Of a stretch of DNA of 38,086 bases, positions 9,616 through 18,744 are shown piece by piece. The notes beneath the pieces were generated by a model. It did no database searches. It was not told where the DNA came from and worked only from the letters and a program-made list of their open reading frames with translations. The position numbers were made by a program, and so were the translations under genes. The stretch covers positions 1-38,086 of the forward strand of contig DAOVHK010000001.1 of assembly GCA_030671905.1 (NCBI GenBank). Direction: 5' to 3'. Source of the DNA: Clostridia bacterium (GTDB lineage Bacteria > UBA6262 > WVXT01). Each line of letters begins with the position of its first letter. The stretch's first letter is position 1.

Positions 9616-9656
9616 CAGAGCTTGCTCTGCGTTAACGCGAAACAAGTTTCGCTACT
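9611..9656. other. nested palindromic element (two hairpins in a palindromic frame) between radC and proS
   Basis: AGTAGC-[AGAGC TT GCTCT]-GCGTTAACGC-[GAAAC AA GTTTC]-GCTACT. The hairpins are GCAGAGC/GCTCTGC (9615-9630) and GCGAAAC/GTTTCGC (9637-9652). The outer pair is AGTAGC/GCTACT. Confidence 0.4.
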
Positions 9657-9676
9657 CCAAAAAACCTGGAGGAATT

Positions 9677-11395
9677 ATGCTTCTTTCAAAATATCTCTTA
9701 CCCACATTAAAGGAGATTCCCCGGGAGGCAGAGATACCTTCCCATCAACTTATGATTCGTTCAGGAATAATGAGACAATTAGCCAGTGGTATTTACGAAT
9801 GGTTGCCTTTAGGTTTGAGGGTTCTCCACAAGGTGGAGAACATCATTCGAGAGGAGATGGACTCAATTGGCGCTCAGGAGGTCTCTCTTCCAGCAATACA
9901 GCCAAGAGAACTGTGGGAAGAAAGTGGACGCTGGGACTTCTATGGGAAAGAGTTGATAAGGCTAAAGGACAGAAATAGAAGAGATTTCTGTCTTGGCCCT
10001 ACTCATGAAGAAGTGATAACTGACCTGGTGCGCAGGGAAGTCAGGTCTTATAAAGAATTGCCTCTCTTGCTTTATCAATTTCAGACCAAGTTCCGAGATG
10101 AAATCAGACCCAGGTTTGGAGTAATCAGGGCCAGGGAATTCTATATGAAGGATGCCTATAGTTTTGATGCTACTGATAAGAATGCAGAAACAAGTTATAA
10201 CAATGTATTTGAAACCTACTCCAGAATTTTCCAGAGATGTGGTCTAAAGTTTCGCTCTGTAGAAGCACAGACCGGTGCCATTGGCGGAGCCTTTTCTCAT
10301 GAGTTTATGGTTATTGCTGATACTGGAGAGGAAATTATAGCTTCCTGTAAATGCGGTTATGCTGCGAACTTGGAAAAGGCAGAAGGTGTCCCTCCAGCTA
10401 AGGTAGGCGGAAAGGCTGGAAAGAGAAGCGGACTAAAAGAACTAGAAGAAGTTGAAACGAAAAATATGAAGACAGTAGAGAAAATAGGAAAATTTCTGAA
10501 AGAGAAACCGGATAAATTTATAAAGACATTAGTTTACAAGACTGATGGTGAACCTGCAATAGTTATGATAAGAGGAGACCATGAGGTTAATGAGAGCAAG
10601 GTGAAAAGTTATCTTGGTGTGAATGAAATTTTTCTTGCAGATGAGAAAACAATTGAGGAAGTTACCGGTGCTCCTCTTGGCTTTGCCGGTCCGGTAGGAT
10701 TGAAAGTAAAGTGTAAGCTACTTGCCGACTATTCTGTGGAGGGGATTGTTAATGGCGTAACTGGGGCAAATAAAAAAGACTACCATTTGAAAAACGTCAA
10801 CATAAATAGAGATTATAAGGTAGACGAAGTTCTGGACTTGAGGAGAGCGAAGGAGGGGGATGTTTGTCCAAAATGCGGGAAAACTTTAGAATTTTCCCGG
10901 GGCATTGAGGTTGGGCATACGTTCAAACTGGGAACTAAATATTCTAAAACATTGCGGGCGACTTTTCTTGATAAGGATGGGAAAGAGAAATATTTTGTGA
11001 TGGGCTGTTATGGCATAGGAGTTTCTCGAATTGTAGCTGCTGCTATCGAGCAGGGCCATGATCAGAATGGTATTATCTGGCCACTACCCATAGCACCTTT
11101 CCAGGTTCTAATTTTGCCTGTAAACTATGAGCACGAAAAGATAAGGACCATTTCTAATAGGATTTATGAACAACTGGAAAGTGCCGGCTACGAAGTGTTA
11201 ATGGATGACCGCGATGAGAGAGCAGGGGTGAAATTCAAAGATGCAGACCTGATAGGAATTCCCATCAGGGTAACTGTGGGAGAGAAAACCTTGGCCAAGA
11301 ATATAGTGGAAGTAAAACTTCGAGGAGAAAAAGAGGTGAGAGAGGTCGAGCCCGACCAGGTTCAAAAACTAATCCCAGAGCTAACGAAGAAATAA
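9677..11395 (+). CDS. proS: proline--tRNA ligase (bacterial type with an internal editing domain)
   Basis: 572 aa. LLPTLKEIPREAEIPSHQLMIRSG, FRDEIRPRFGVIRAREF and YGIGVSRI class II motifs. Confidence 0.96.
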   Translation: MLLSKYLLPTLKEIPREAEIPSHQLMIRSGIMRQLASGIYEWLPLGLRVLHKVENIIREEMDSIGAQEVSLPAIQPRELWEESGRWDFYGKELIRLKDRNRRDFCLGPTHEEVITDLVRREVRSYKELPLLLYQFQTKFRDEIRPRFGVIRAREFYMKDAYSFDATDKNAETSYNNVFETYSRIFQRCGLKFRSVEAQTGAIGGAFSHEFMVIADTGEEIIASCKCGYAANLEKAEGVPPAKVGGKAGKRSGLKELEEVETKNMKTVEKIGKFLKEKPDKFIKTLVYKTDGEPAIVMIRGDHEVNESKVKSYLGVNEIFLADEKTIEEVTGAPLGFAGPVGLKVKCKLLADYSVEGIVNGVTGANKKDYHLKNVNINRDYKVDEVLDLRRAKEGDVCPKCGKTLEFSRGIEVGHTFKLGTKYSKTLRATFLDKDGKEKYFVMGCYGIGVSRIVAAAIEQGHDQNGIIWPLPIAPFQVLILPVNYEHEKIRTISNRIYEQLESAGYEVLMDDRDERAGVKFKDADLIGIPIRVTVGEKTLAKNIVEVKLRGEKEVREVEPDQVQKLIPELTKK

Positions 11396-11428
11396 AAAAG
11401 AGAAAAAAGAGTCAGGGGCATTTTTTAC

Positions 11429-11457
11429 TTGCATTATTTTTTAAAACTTGCTATATT
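11429..11457 (+). promoter_or_regulatory. candidate sigma70-type promoter upstream of nusA
   Basis: TTGCAT (11429-11434), a 17-nt spacer, then TATATT (11452-11457) preceded by an extended -10 TGc. A second possible -10, TATAAT, lies at 11512-11517. Confidence 0.4.
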
Positions 11458-11464
11458 AAATACA

Positions 11465-11495
11465 GGTGGCCCTAAAAAGCCACTTTTTGTTTTTA
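11465..11495 (+). terminator. weak intrinsic-terminator-like hairpin plus T tract (proS terminator or nusA leader attenuator)
   Basis: GGTGGC-CCTAAAAA-GCCACT forms 5 bp plus one G-U pair, followed directly by TTTTTGTTTTT. Confidence 0.4.
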
Positions 11496-11534
11496 TTGAT
11501 GTCAAATTTTCTATAATAGTAGTTGGAGGAAGTG

Positions 11535-12773
11535 ATGGAGGGAGAGTTAATAGGAGTTTTTGAACAGATAGAAAGAGAGAAAGGCATTCCCAAAAAAGAA
11601 CTTCTGGAAATGATTGAGTCGGCTTTAACTTCGGCTTTTCGCAAACATTCTGGGAAAAAGCAGAAATTTGAAGCACACATTGATCCAGAATCGGGGGTGA
11701 TTACTGCCTATGTAAAGAAAAAGGTGGTAAGTAAAGTAGAAAACCATTATATCCAAATAGCCAAAAAAGAAGCATTAAAGTTCGACCCTGCAGTTAAGGT
11801 AGGTGACGAGATAAAAATTAAGGTGGAAACCAAGGAGTTTGGAAGAATTGCCGCTCAAACTGCAAAGCAGGTAATTGTCCAGCGTATCCGAGAAACCGAA
11901 AGGGAGAATCTATTCAAGGAGTTCAAAAAAAAGGAAGGCACTGCTATGAGTGCTGTGGTTCAGAGGTTTGTTCGGAAGAATATCATCGTTGATTTGGGAA
12001 AAGTAGAAGCCACTTTGCCAGAATGGGAGCAAGCACGTGACCATAAGTACGAGCTTTTTGAAAGATTCCAGGTCTACATATTGAAGGTGGAGCAATCACC
12101 ACGAGGTCCGAAGATTACCGTTTCCCGAACGCATCCCGGCTTGGTAAAGAGACTTTATGAATTGGAAGTACCAGAAGTAAGTGATCACACTGTGGAGATA
12201 AAACAAATAGTCAGAGAACCAGGATACCGCTGTAAAGTGGCTGTGCTTTCCAATAATGAAAGGGTCGATCCTGTGGGTGCCTGTGTAGGAGTGAAAGGTT
12301 CGAGAGTTCAGGCAATTATTAGTGAATTGGGTGGAGAAAGGATGGATTTGATTTCTTATAGTACAGACTCTACTACCTATATTGCTAATTCTCTCAGCCC
12401 GGCTAAGGTGGTAAGTGTGACTATAGAGAAGAATAGAAAGAATGCTTTGGTAGTTGTGGCTGATGATCAGCTCTCGTTGGCCATCGGGAAATCAGGTCAA
12501 AATGTGCGTTTGGCTGCCCGGCTCACAGGTTGGCATATTGATATTAAGAGCGAATCGCAAATAAAAGAGGCAAAAGAAGTAGCAGTCAGCGATCTTACTA
12601 AACTTTCAGGAGTGGGTAAGGTTACTGCTCAACTTCTATCTCAGCATGGATTTACAACTATAGGAAAGATAGCCGAATCTTCCATTTCTGACCTAAGTAA
12701 GATTTCTGGAATTGGAGCGAAATTAGCAGAAAAAATTTACAAGGCTGCAAAGAAAGAAGGCAAGATAAAATGA
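11535..12773 (+). CDS. nusA: transcription termination/antitermination factor NusA
   Basis: N-domain, S1, two KH domains ([24 protein letters not shown]) and C-terminal HhH repeats. I prefer ATG 11535 (SD GGAGGA at 11525-11530) over the ORF-track TTG at 11523. Confidence 0.95.
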   Translation: MEGELIGVFEQIEREKGIPKKELLEMIESALTSAFRKHSGKKQKFEAHIDPESGVITAYVKKKVVSKVENHYIQIAKKEALKFDPAVKVGDEIKIKVETKEFGRIAAQTAKQVIVQRIRETERENLFKEFKKKEGTAMSAVVQRFVRKNIIVDLGKVEATLPEWEQARDHKYELFERFQVYILKVEQSPRGPKITVSRTHPGLVKRLYELEVPEVSDHTVEIKQIVREPGYRCKVAVLSNNERVDPVGACVGVKGSRVQAIISELGGERMDLISYSTDSTTYIANSLSPAKVVSVTIEKNRKNALVVVADDQLSLAIGKSGQNVRLAARLTGWHIDIKSESQIKEAKEVAVSDLTKLSGVGKVTAQLLSQHGFTTIGKIAESSISDLSKISGIGAKLAEKIYKAAKKEGKIK

Positions 12774-14986
12774 AGGTAAAAGAACTGGCTAAGGAACTGA
12801 ATATTTCATACAAGAAATTATTGGCAAAAACTTCTGAGTTGAAAATTAAAGTGGAAAGTCCTGAAGATTCCCTGACTTCTCAGGAAGCGAAGAAAGTTAA
12901 AAGTTCTTTTGCCAAGAAAAAGAAGAAGATTCCTGTCAAGAAAAAGGTCGCCCGAAAAAAAGTAAGTGCTAAAGTTAAAATAGCGAAAAAGAAAATAGTT
13001 GGGGTTAAAAAGAAAAAAGCGCCTACTGCGCGGCGAAAGAAGATTACTAAGCGTGCTGTTGCCAAAGAAAAACCTTCCACTCTTCCTTCAGTTTCCCCTG
13101 CGGTTGAAACCATAAAACCGGTAGAGAAGAAAATACCTAAGAAAGCCACACCTGTAGTCGAAGAGGTGAAAAAAGAGGAAAAAGTAGTTCCTGAAGTAGC
13201 GAAAAAAATAGAAGAAGAGAAAGTTGCCTTGCCTCCTACTAAAGTTATTAAGATAGACGAAACGACTACAGTGAGCGAGCTGGCCAGTAAAATGGAAGTA
13301 AAAGTAAGTGAACTTATTAAGAAGTTAATGACTCAGAGTATCCTGGTCACAATCAACCAAAGGCTGGGTATAGATACTGCTACCCTTATCGCAGGAGAAT
13401 TCGGTTTCAGAATAGAAGTAGTTCCTTTATACGGAGAAGAACTTCTTGAGGAGGAAAAAGAAGACGAATCCTTATTCCAACCACGTCCGCCGATAGTGAC
13501 TATAATGGGACATGTAGACCATGGTAAGACATCGTTATTGGACGCAATTCGAGAATCCAAGATCATTGCCAAAGAGTCAGGTGGAATTACGCAACATATT
13601 GGGGCATACCATGTCAGTGTAGATAAAGGAGATATCGTATTCCTGGACACCCCCGGCCACGAAGCCTTTACAGCAATGCGAGCTCGCGGGGCTCAGGTGA
13701 CTGATATAATCGTTTTAGTTGTGGCTGCCGATGAAGGAACCAAGCCTCAGACCGTAGAAGCTATAGATCATGCCCGTGCAGCAGGTGTGCCGATTTTGGT
13801 GGCAGTGAATAAAATAGACTTGCCCAATGCCAACGTGGAAAAGGTAAAACAGGAACTGAGTCAATATGATCTTGTTTCTGAAGACTGGGGAGGCAAGACT
13901 ATCTTTGCGGAAGTCTCTGCCAAAGAAAAAATTGGTCTGGATAATCTCTTAGAGATGATTCTTTTGGAAGCGGAGATGTTGGAATTAAAAGCGAATCCTA
14001 ATAAGAAAGCCCGGGGAACGATTATTGAGGCGAGATTAGATAAGCAACGGGGTTTGGTGGCCACTGTGTTGGTGCAATCTGGCACGTTAGAGGTTAGCGA
14101 TCCTTTTATTTCCGGTTTTTCGGCAGGTAAGGTGAGAGCCATGTTTAACGATCGAGGGAAAAAAGTTAAAAGCATCGGTCCTTCTATGCCTGCAGAGGTG
14201 TTAGGATTTTCCAGTCTACCGCAGGCTGGGGATAAATTTTATACCTTAGATAGTGAGAGAGCAGCAAGAGGAATTAGTGAGATACGGCAGAAAACCAGAC
14301 GGGAAGAGATTCTGTCCCGGAGCAGGAGAGTTACATTAGAAGACTTACATGAGCAGATTGCATCGGGGAAGGTTAATGACCTCAAAATAATTATTAAGGC
14401 CGATGTTCAAGGTTCTGTTGAAGCGCTCTGCGATTCTCTGCAAAAATTGAGTACTCAGGAAATAACTCTAAATGTAGTCCACAGGGGAGTGGGTGGAATC
14501 AATGAAAGCGATGTGATGTTAAGTGCTGCTTCCAATGCAATTATTATCGGCTTTAATGTTCGTCCAGGACCGAGTGCTGAAGAATTAGCTGAAAAAGAGG
14601 GAGTGGATATCCACATTTATAGGGTTATTTATGAAGTAGTGGAGGAAACGAAGAAAGCAATGGAGGGGCTTCTAGAGCCGGAGTTCAAGGAAATCCCATT
14701 AGGTAGAGTCGAAGTAAAACGCATATTCAGAATCCCCAAGGTAGGTACGGTAGCAGGATGTTCTGTGGCTAAGGGAAAGATTTCCCGCCAGAGTAACGTG
14801 CGGCTCTTGCGTGATAACGTTATAATTTATGAAGGTAAAATATCTTCTCTGAGAAGGTTCAAAGATGACGTGAGAGAAGTAGACGCTGGCTTTGAATGCG
14901 GAATAGGTCTGGAAAATTTTAATGATATAAAAGAAAACGACATTATGGAAGCCTTCACGTTAGAAAAAATTGCACGCAAATTATAA
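12770..14986 (+). CDS. infB: translation initiation factor IF-2
   Basis: Lys-rich N-terminus and a G domain with [20 protein letters not shown] and NKID. ATGA overlap with the nusA stop. Confidence 0.97.
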   Translation: MKVKELAKELNISYKKLLAKTSELKIKVESPEDSLTSQEAKKVKSSFAKKKKKIPVKKKVARKKVSAKVKIAKKKIVGVKKKKAPTARRKKITKRAVAKEKPSTLPSVSPAVETIKPVEKKIPKKATPVVEEVKKEEKVVPEVAKKIEEEKVALPPTKVIKIDETTTVSELASKMEVKVSELIKKLMTQSILVTINQRLGIDTATLIAGEFGFRIEVVPLYGEELLEEEKEDESLFQPRPPIVTIMGHVDHGKTSLLDAIRESKIIAKESGGITQHIGAYHVSVDKGDIVFLDTPGHEAFTAMRARGAQVTDIIVLVVAADEGTKPQTVEAIDHARAAGVPILVAVNKIDLPNANVEKVKQELSQYDLVSEDWGGKTIFAEVSAKEKIGLDNLLEMILLEAEMLELKANPNKKARGTIIEARLDKQRGLVATVLVQSGTLEVSDPFISGFSAGKVRAMFNDRGKKVKSIGPSMPAEVLGFSSLPQAGDKFYTLDSERAARGISEIRQKTRREEILSRSRRVTLEDLHEQIASGKVNDLKIIIKADVQGSVEALCDSLQKLSTQEITLNVVHRGVGGINESDVMLSAASNAIIIGFNVRPGPSAEELAEKEGVDIHIYRVIYEVVEETKKAMEGLLEPEFKEIPLGRVEVKRIFRIPKVGTVAGCSVAKGKISRQSNVRLLRDNVIIYEGKISSLRRFKDDVREVDAGFECGIGLENFNDIKENDIMEAFTLEKIARKL

Positions 14987-15000
14987 CAAATGAATGTAAT

Positions 15001-15058
15001 AAGTAATGTAAGGCTTTATGCCCGTAAAAAATTACGCCCATAAAGGGTTACACTACCT
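15001..15058. repeat. short inverted copy of the palindromic intergenic repeat also found at 31501-31614
   Basis: Arms at 15001-15027 and 15032-15058 are separated by AAAA. When reverse-complemented, they match the arms of the long copy at 25/27 and 24/27 positions. Confidence 0.75.
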
Positions 15059-15081
15059 GTAGTGGTATATCGGATAAGGAG

Positions 15082-15372
15082 ATGGTCTTTAGCTTAGGAC
15101 GGATTACTCTATATCTTCGGGAAAAGCCGCCCTCTCTCAAGGAGAAGAGAAGAGTGGTTAAAAGCCTTAAGGATAGAATAAGAGCCAGGTTCAATGTTTC
15201 CATCTCTGAAGTGGATAACCAAGATTTACGGCACCGTGCTACTTTGGGAATTGCGTTAGTTTGTTCTGACGGGAAACAGGCACAAACAATAAGTGATAGA
15301 ATAGTTGAATTTATTCGGGAAGCGAAGAAAGTAGAAATTATCGAGCACGATTTTATAATAGAGAACTACTAA
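15082..15372 (+). CDS. DUF503 (YlxP-like) protein
   Basis: 96 aa, located between infB and rbfA as ylxP is in Bacillus. LKEKRRVVKSLKDRIRARFNVSISEVDNQD is typical of the family. Confidence 0.85.
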   Translation: MVFSLGRITLYLREKPPSLKEKRRVVKSLKDRIRARFNVSISEVDNQDLRHRATLGIALVCSDGKQAQTISDRIVEFIREAKKVEIIEHDFIIENY

Positions 15373-15407
15373 ACCTCCATTTCTCCTCGTGTTGTCGCTC
15401 TCCCTTA

Positions 15408-15812
15408 ATGGTTGGAAAAATGCCTCTTAAAAGACCAAAACGAGTAGCCCATTTAATCCAAAAAGAGATTAGTGAAATCCTTCAAAAGCAGATAAAAAAT
15501 ACCCAATTGGGTTTTGTTACCATAACTGAAGTTAAAGTTACCGATGACTTACAGCATGCTAAAGTTTATTTTACAGTTTATGGTTCAGAGCAAGAAAGAA
15601 TATCGACGGAAAAAGTACTTAAAAGAAAGACGTCTTTTGTGCGTTACCTTGTTGGTCAGAGAATCAAGTTAAGGTATACGCCGGAAATTGTTTTCCAGTA
15701 CGATGAGACAACTGAACGGGCTACCCGCATCGATGAGTTAATTAACAAAATCCATCAAGAGAGAAATAATGCAAAAGAGACTCAGGAGAGAAAAAAAGAA
15801 GATAATCAATAA
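15408..15812 (+). CDS. rbfA: ribosome-binding factor A
   Basis: RVAHLIQKEISEIL and VTITEVKVTDDLQHAKVYF. ATG 15420 is an alternative start. Confidence 0.92.
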   Translation: MVGKMPLKRPKRVAHLIQKEISEILQKQIKNTQLGFVTITEVKVTDDLQHAKVYFTVYGSEQERISTEKVLKRKTSFVRYLVGQRIKLRYTPEIVFQYDETTERATRIDELINKIHQERNNAKETQERKKEDNQ

Positions 15813-16770
15813 GATTCTAAAAGTAATCCGAGAAAACCGTACATTTTTTATCTCTTCTCACATGAAACCAGACGGGGATTCGATAGGGGCACAATTAGCT
15901 CTTGGCTCCTTGTTGAGGCGATTGGGCAAGGATGTCTATATTGCAAATCGAGACCCTGTTCCAGTGATTTACCAATTTTTGCCACATAGTAGCGATATTC
16001 ACATTGTAGAAAAGGTAGAGAAAAACTTTGATGTGGCTTTTATTTTAGATTGTGGTGACTTGCAAAGAGCAGGAAATATAATAGACCTCAAAAATAGGGT
16101 AAAAAATATAATTAATATAGATCATCATGTAAACTGTGAACTATTCGGAGATTACAATTACGTGGAACCCCGGGCATCATCTGTTGCCGAAGAACTTTAT
16201 GATATATTTAAACAGGCTCATTTGGAAATAATTGAGGAGGAGGCACTTGCTCTCTATGTGGGCATTCTCACCGATACAGGTAGATTTCAGGAAGCTAACA
16301 CTACTCCCCGTTGCCATGAAATTGTCGCTGAGCTCATAAGCAAGGGAATCTCCCCACAAGTCGTTAGTCAGAAGGTTTATGAGGCGAGGACTGAACCCGG
16401 ATTGAAATTACTATCGTTAACTTTAAGTACATTAGAAGTAACCGCTGATGGAAAAATTGCTCTTCTTTTGATTACGCAAGATATGTATAAAAAAACCGGC
16501 GCCAGGGAGGATGAGGTTGAGGGATTTATTAACTTCGCCAGAGAGATGGAAGGGGTGGAAGTGGGAGTTCTTTTCAAAGAAACTGATGTTAGTAACCAGT
16601 TTAGAGTTAGTTTCCGTTCGAAGGGCAAGATAGACGTGAGTAAGATTGCCAGGTTATTTGGTGGGGGCGGTCATAGGAATGCTGCTGGGTGTGCAATTCA
16701 AGGGGCTGTGGAAGAAGTTAAACAGAAAGTCTTAAAAGCTATCTCCCGGGAGGCAGATAATACTGGATGA
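15769..16770 (+). CDS. nrnA: DHH/DHHA1 phosphoesterase (NrnA-like oligoribonuclease / pAp phosphatase)
   Basis: SSHMKPDGDSIGA, LDCGD, NIDHH and GGGGHRNAAG motifs. Overlaps rbfA by 44 nt. Confidence 0.85.
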   Translation: MQKRLRREKKKIINKILKVIRENRTFFISSHMKPDGDSIGAQLALGSLLRRLGKDVYIANRDPVPVIYQFLPHSSDIHIVEKVEKNFDVAFILDCGDLQRAGNIIDLKNRVKNIINIDHHVNCELFGDYNYVEPRASSVAEELYDIFKQAHLEIIEEEALALYVGILTDTGRFQEANTTPRCHEIVAELISKGISPQVVSQKVYEARTEPGLKLLSLTLSTLEVTADGKIALLLITQDMYKKTGAREDEVEGFINFAREMEGVEVGVLFKETDVSNQFRVSFRSKGKIDVSKIARLFGGGGHRNAAGCAIQGAVEEVKQKVLKAISREADNTG

Positions 16771-17680
16771 GCTAAAGGACGGCATTCTTAATATTGATAA
16801 GCCAAAGGGCTTGACTTCTTTTGCTGTAGTTCAGGAAGTGAAAACGTTCCTTTCAGTGAGAAAAGCAGGCCATGCTGGAACACTCGATCCCCAGGCAGAA
16901 GGGGTTCTTCTTATTCTTTTGGGTGAGGCAACTAAAATTTCCGCGTACTTGATGAGGCTGGAGAAAGAATACGAAGCGACGATGGTTTTAGGAGTCAGTA
17001 CTTCCACTCAGGATGAACAAGGCGAAATTTTGAGAAGGATTGAACCAAAAGTAGAGTTAAGAGAATTAAATGAGGTTTTTGATAAATTCTTGGGAATACA
17101 AGAACAGATTCCTCCTATGGTTTCAGCCAAAAGATACCATGGGAAAAGGTTATACCAGCTCTTTCGCCAGGGAAATGTAATTGAACGAACTCCTCAGAAA
17201 GTGGAGATTAAAAAATTGGAACTTTTATCTTACGATATGCCTAAAGTTAAGTTTCGCACCATTTGCTCTTCTGGCACCTATGTGCGCACTTTATGCCATG
17301 ACATAGGAGAGGCTTTAGGTTGCGGAGCCTATATGTCGCATCTGGTGCGGATGCGGGTAGGTAACTTCAAATTGAGCGATGCTCCTTCTTGGGAAAGGAA
17401 GGAGTTATTTCACCAGAAAATTCAATCTATTTCAGAAGCATTATCCGACTTTCCCAGTATTGTAGTTACCCGCAGGATGGCTCGCGGAATTGAAATGGGT
17501 AGACAGATAAAAAGCTCAGAAATTATAAATGTTTCTCTGTCTCCTTCAGAAATTGCTAATACCCATGGGACATTCAAAGTATCCGATGAAGACGGAAATT
17601 TGATAGCCTTGGCTAAAGAAGAGCCTGCATCTGGGGGGAGAGAGTTTAAGTTATTGAGAGTGTTTAATCCAGAGATATAG
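16763..17680 (+). CDS. truB: tRNA pseudouridine(55) synthase
   Basis: GILNIDKPKGLTSF and KAGHAGTLDP (catalytic Asp). The conserved N-terminus lies upstream of the first canonical start (TTG 16811). I therefore place the start provisionally at CTG 16763, 9 nt after the SD GGGAGG (16748-16753). Confidence 0.88.
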   Translation: MDELKDGILNIDKPKGLTSFAVVQEVKTFLSVRKAGHAGTLDPQAEGVLLILLGEATKISAYLMRLEKEYEATMVLGVSTSTQDEQGEILRRIEPKVELRELNEVFDKFLGIQEQIPPMVSAKRYHGKRLYQLFRQGNVIERTPQKVEIKKLELLSYDMPKVKFRTICSSGTYVRTLCHDIGEALGCGAYMSHLVRMRVGNFKLSDAPSWERKELFHQKIQSISEALSDFPSIVVTRRMARGIEMGRQIKSSEIINVSLSPSEIANTHGTFKVSDEDGNLIALAKEEPASGGREFKLLRVFNPEI

Positions 17681-17704
17681 GGAAAGAAGGCTTTATATAA
17701 GAAA

Positions 17705-18688
17705 ATGGAAGTCATAGAAAGACTATACAAATTAAGGAGAAAGTTTAAAAGTAGTGTGGTCGCCCTGGGGACATTTGACGGAGTCCATTGCGGCCATCAA
17801 CAGGTTATTAAGACTACGCAGGATGTAGCCAGGAGGCAAGGTAGGACCTCAGTGGTGGTGACTTTTCAACCACTTCCGCGGGTGATAATAGGAAAAGAAA
17901 GAGAGAAGGTCGGATTAATTACAACACTGGAACAAAAGGAAGAGATAATCAGAAATCTGGGCATTGACGCAATGCTGGTTATACACTTTAATCGCAAACT
18001 TGCCCAGGTAAAACCAGAAGAATTCGTTAAAAAAGTCATTTATCAAAGAATAGGTGCAGGAAGAGTGGTTGTAGGTCCTGGTTTCCGTTTTGGAAAGAAC
18101 CGCCTGGGAAATGTGACGTTACTCAAACGACTGGGAAGGAAGTATGGTTTTGAAGTGACTACTGTTGGTAAAGTCAAAATAGGTAATATCAAAGTAAGTT
18201 CCAGTAAGATTCGTCAATTGCTCTGGCAGGGTAAAATAGAGATAGCAGGCCGCCTGTTGGGAAAATATTATAGCATTAGCGGGAGAGTGAAGAAAGGAAG
18301 AGGCAGAGGAAAGGAGCTATCTTTTCCCACGGCAAATTTAGATATTTCTGGAGACGTCATTTTACCTCAAGGAGTCTATGCTGTTCTGGTTAGTCTTAAA
18401 GGAAAAAAGCACATGGGAGTTGCCAATATTGGTACCCGCCCTACATTCTCTCCTGGCCTTCAATTTTTCCCTGGGAAAGTAACCAGAAAATATATTCGCC
18501 CGATAGTGGAAGTATATATTTTCAATTTTAAAGGAAACCTCTACCGGCAAAAGCTGGAAATCTTTCTCATAAAAAGAATAAGGAAAGAAATGAAATTTCC
18601 CACTCCTGAGAAGTTGATGAACCGAATAAAGGAAGATATCCAATTTGCAAAAAAGCTACGGCCAGGACTCTCCCTGTTTAAAAGCTAG
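17705..18688 (+). CDS. ribF: bifunctional riboflavin kinase / FAD synthetase
   Basis: GTFDGVHCGHQ in the N-terminal adenylyltransferase domain and GRGRGKELSFPTANL in the C-terminal riboflavin kinase domain. Confidence 0.93.
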   Translation: MEVIERLYKLRRKFKSSVVALGTFDGVHCGHQQVIKTTQDVARRQGRTSVVVTFQPLPRVIIGKEREKVGLITTLEQKEEIIRNLGIDAMLVIHFNRKLAQVKPEEFVKKVIYQRIGAGRVVVGPGFRFGKNRLGNVTLLKRLGRKYGFEVTTVGKVKIGNIKVSSSKIRQLLWQGKIEIAGRLLGKYYSISGRVKKGRGRGKELSFPTANLDISGDVILPQGVYAVLVSLKGKKHMGVANIGTRPTFSPGLQFFPGKVTRKYIRPIVEVYIFNFKGNLYRQKLEIFLIKRIRKEMKFPTPEKLMNRIKEDIQFAKKLRPGLSLFKS

Positions 18689-18707
18689 AGGAAGGCTTTC
18701 TGGGTGT

Positions 18708-18736
18708 TTGACAAAGGTGGATTAAAATGGTATAAT
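18708..18736 (+). promoter_or_regulatory. perfect consensus sigma70 promoter (TTGACA-N17-TATAAT with an extended -10 TG)
   Basis: TTGACA at 18708-18713, a 17-nt spacer ending in TGG, and TATAAT at 18731-18736. The ATG of the next gene is at 18745, with no SD between them. Confidence 0.7.
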
Positions 18737-18744
18737 GTAAAGCT

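Noticed and set aside
9622-9978. + strand 118-aa ORF that starts in the radC-proS spacer and overlaps proS in another frame.
   Set aside because: It overlaps the well-supported proS N-terminus. Its TTG start falls inside the palindromic element, it has no SD, and the product is Gly/Arg/Ser-rich with no recognisable features.
12880-13150. Highly repetitive AAG/AAA-rich stretch, with a similar GAA/AAA-rich stretch at 1850-1925.
   Set aside because: These encode the Lys-rich N-terminal linker of IF-2 and the Glu/Lys tail of S2. This is compositional low complexity inside good reading frames, not mobile or CRISPR-like repeats.
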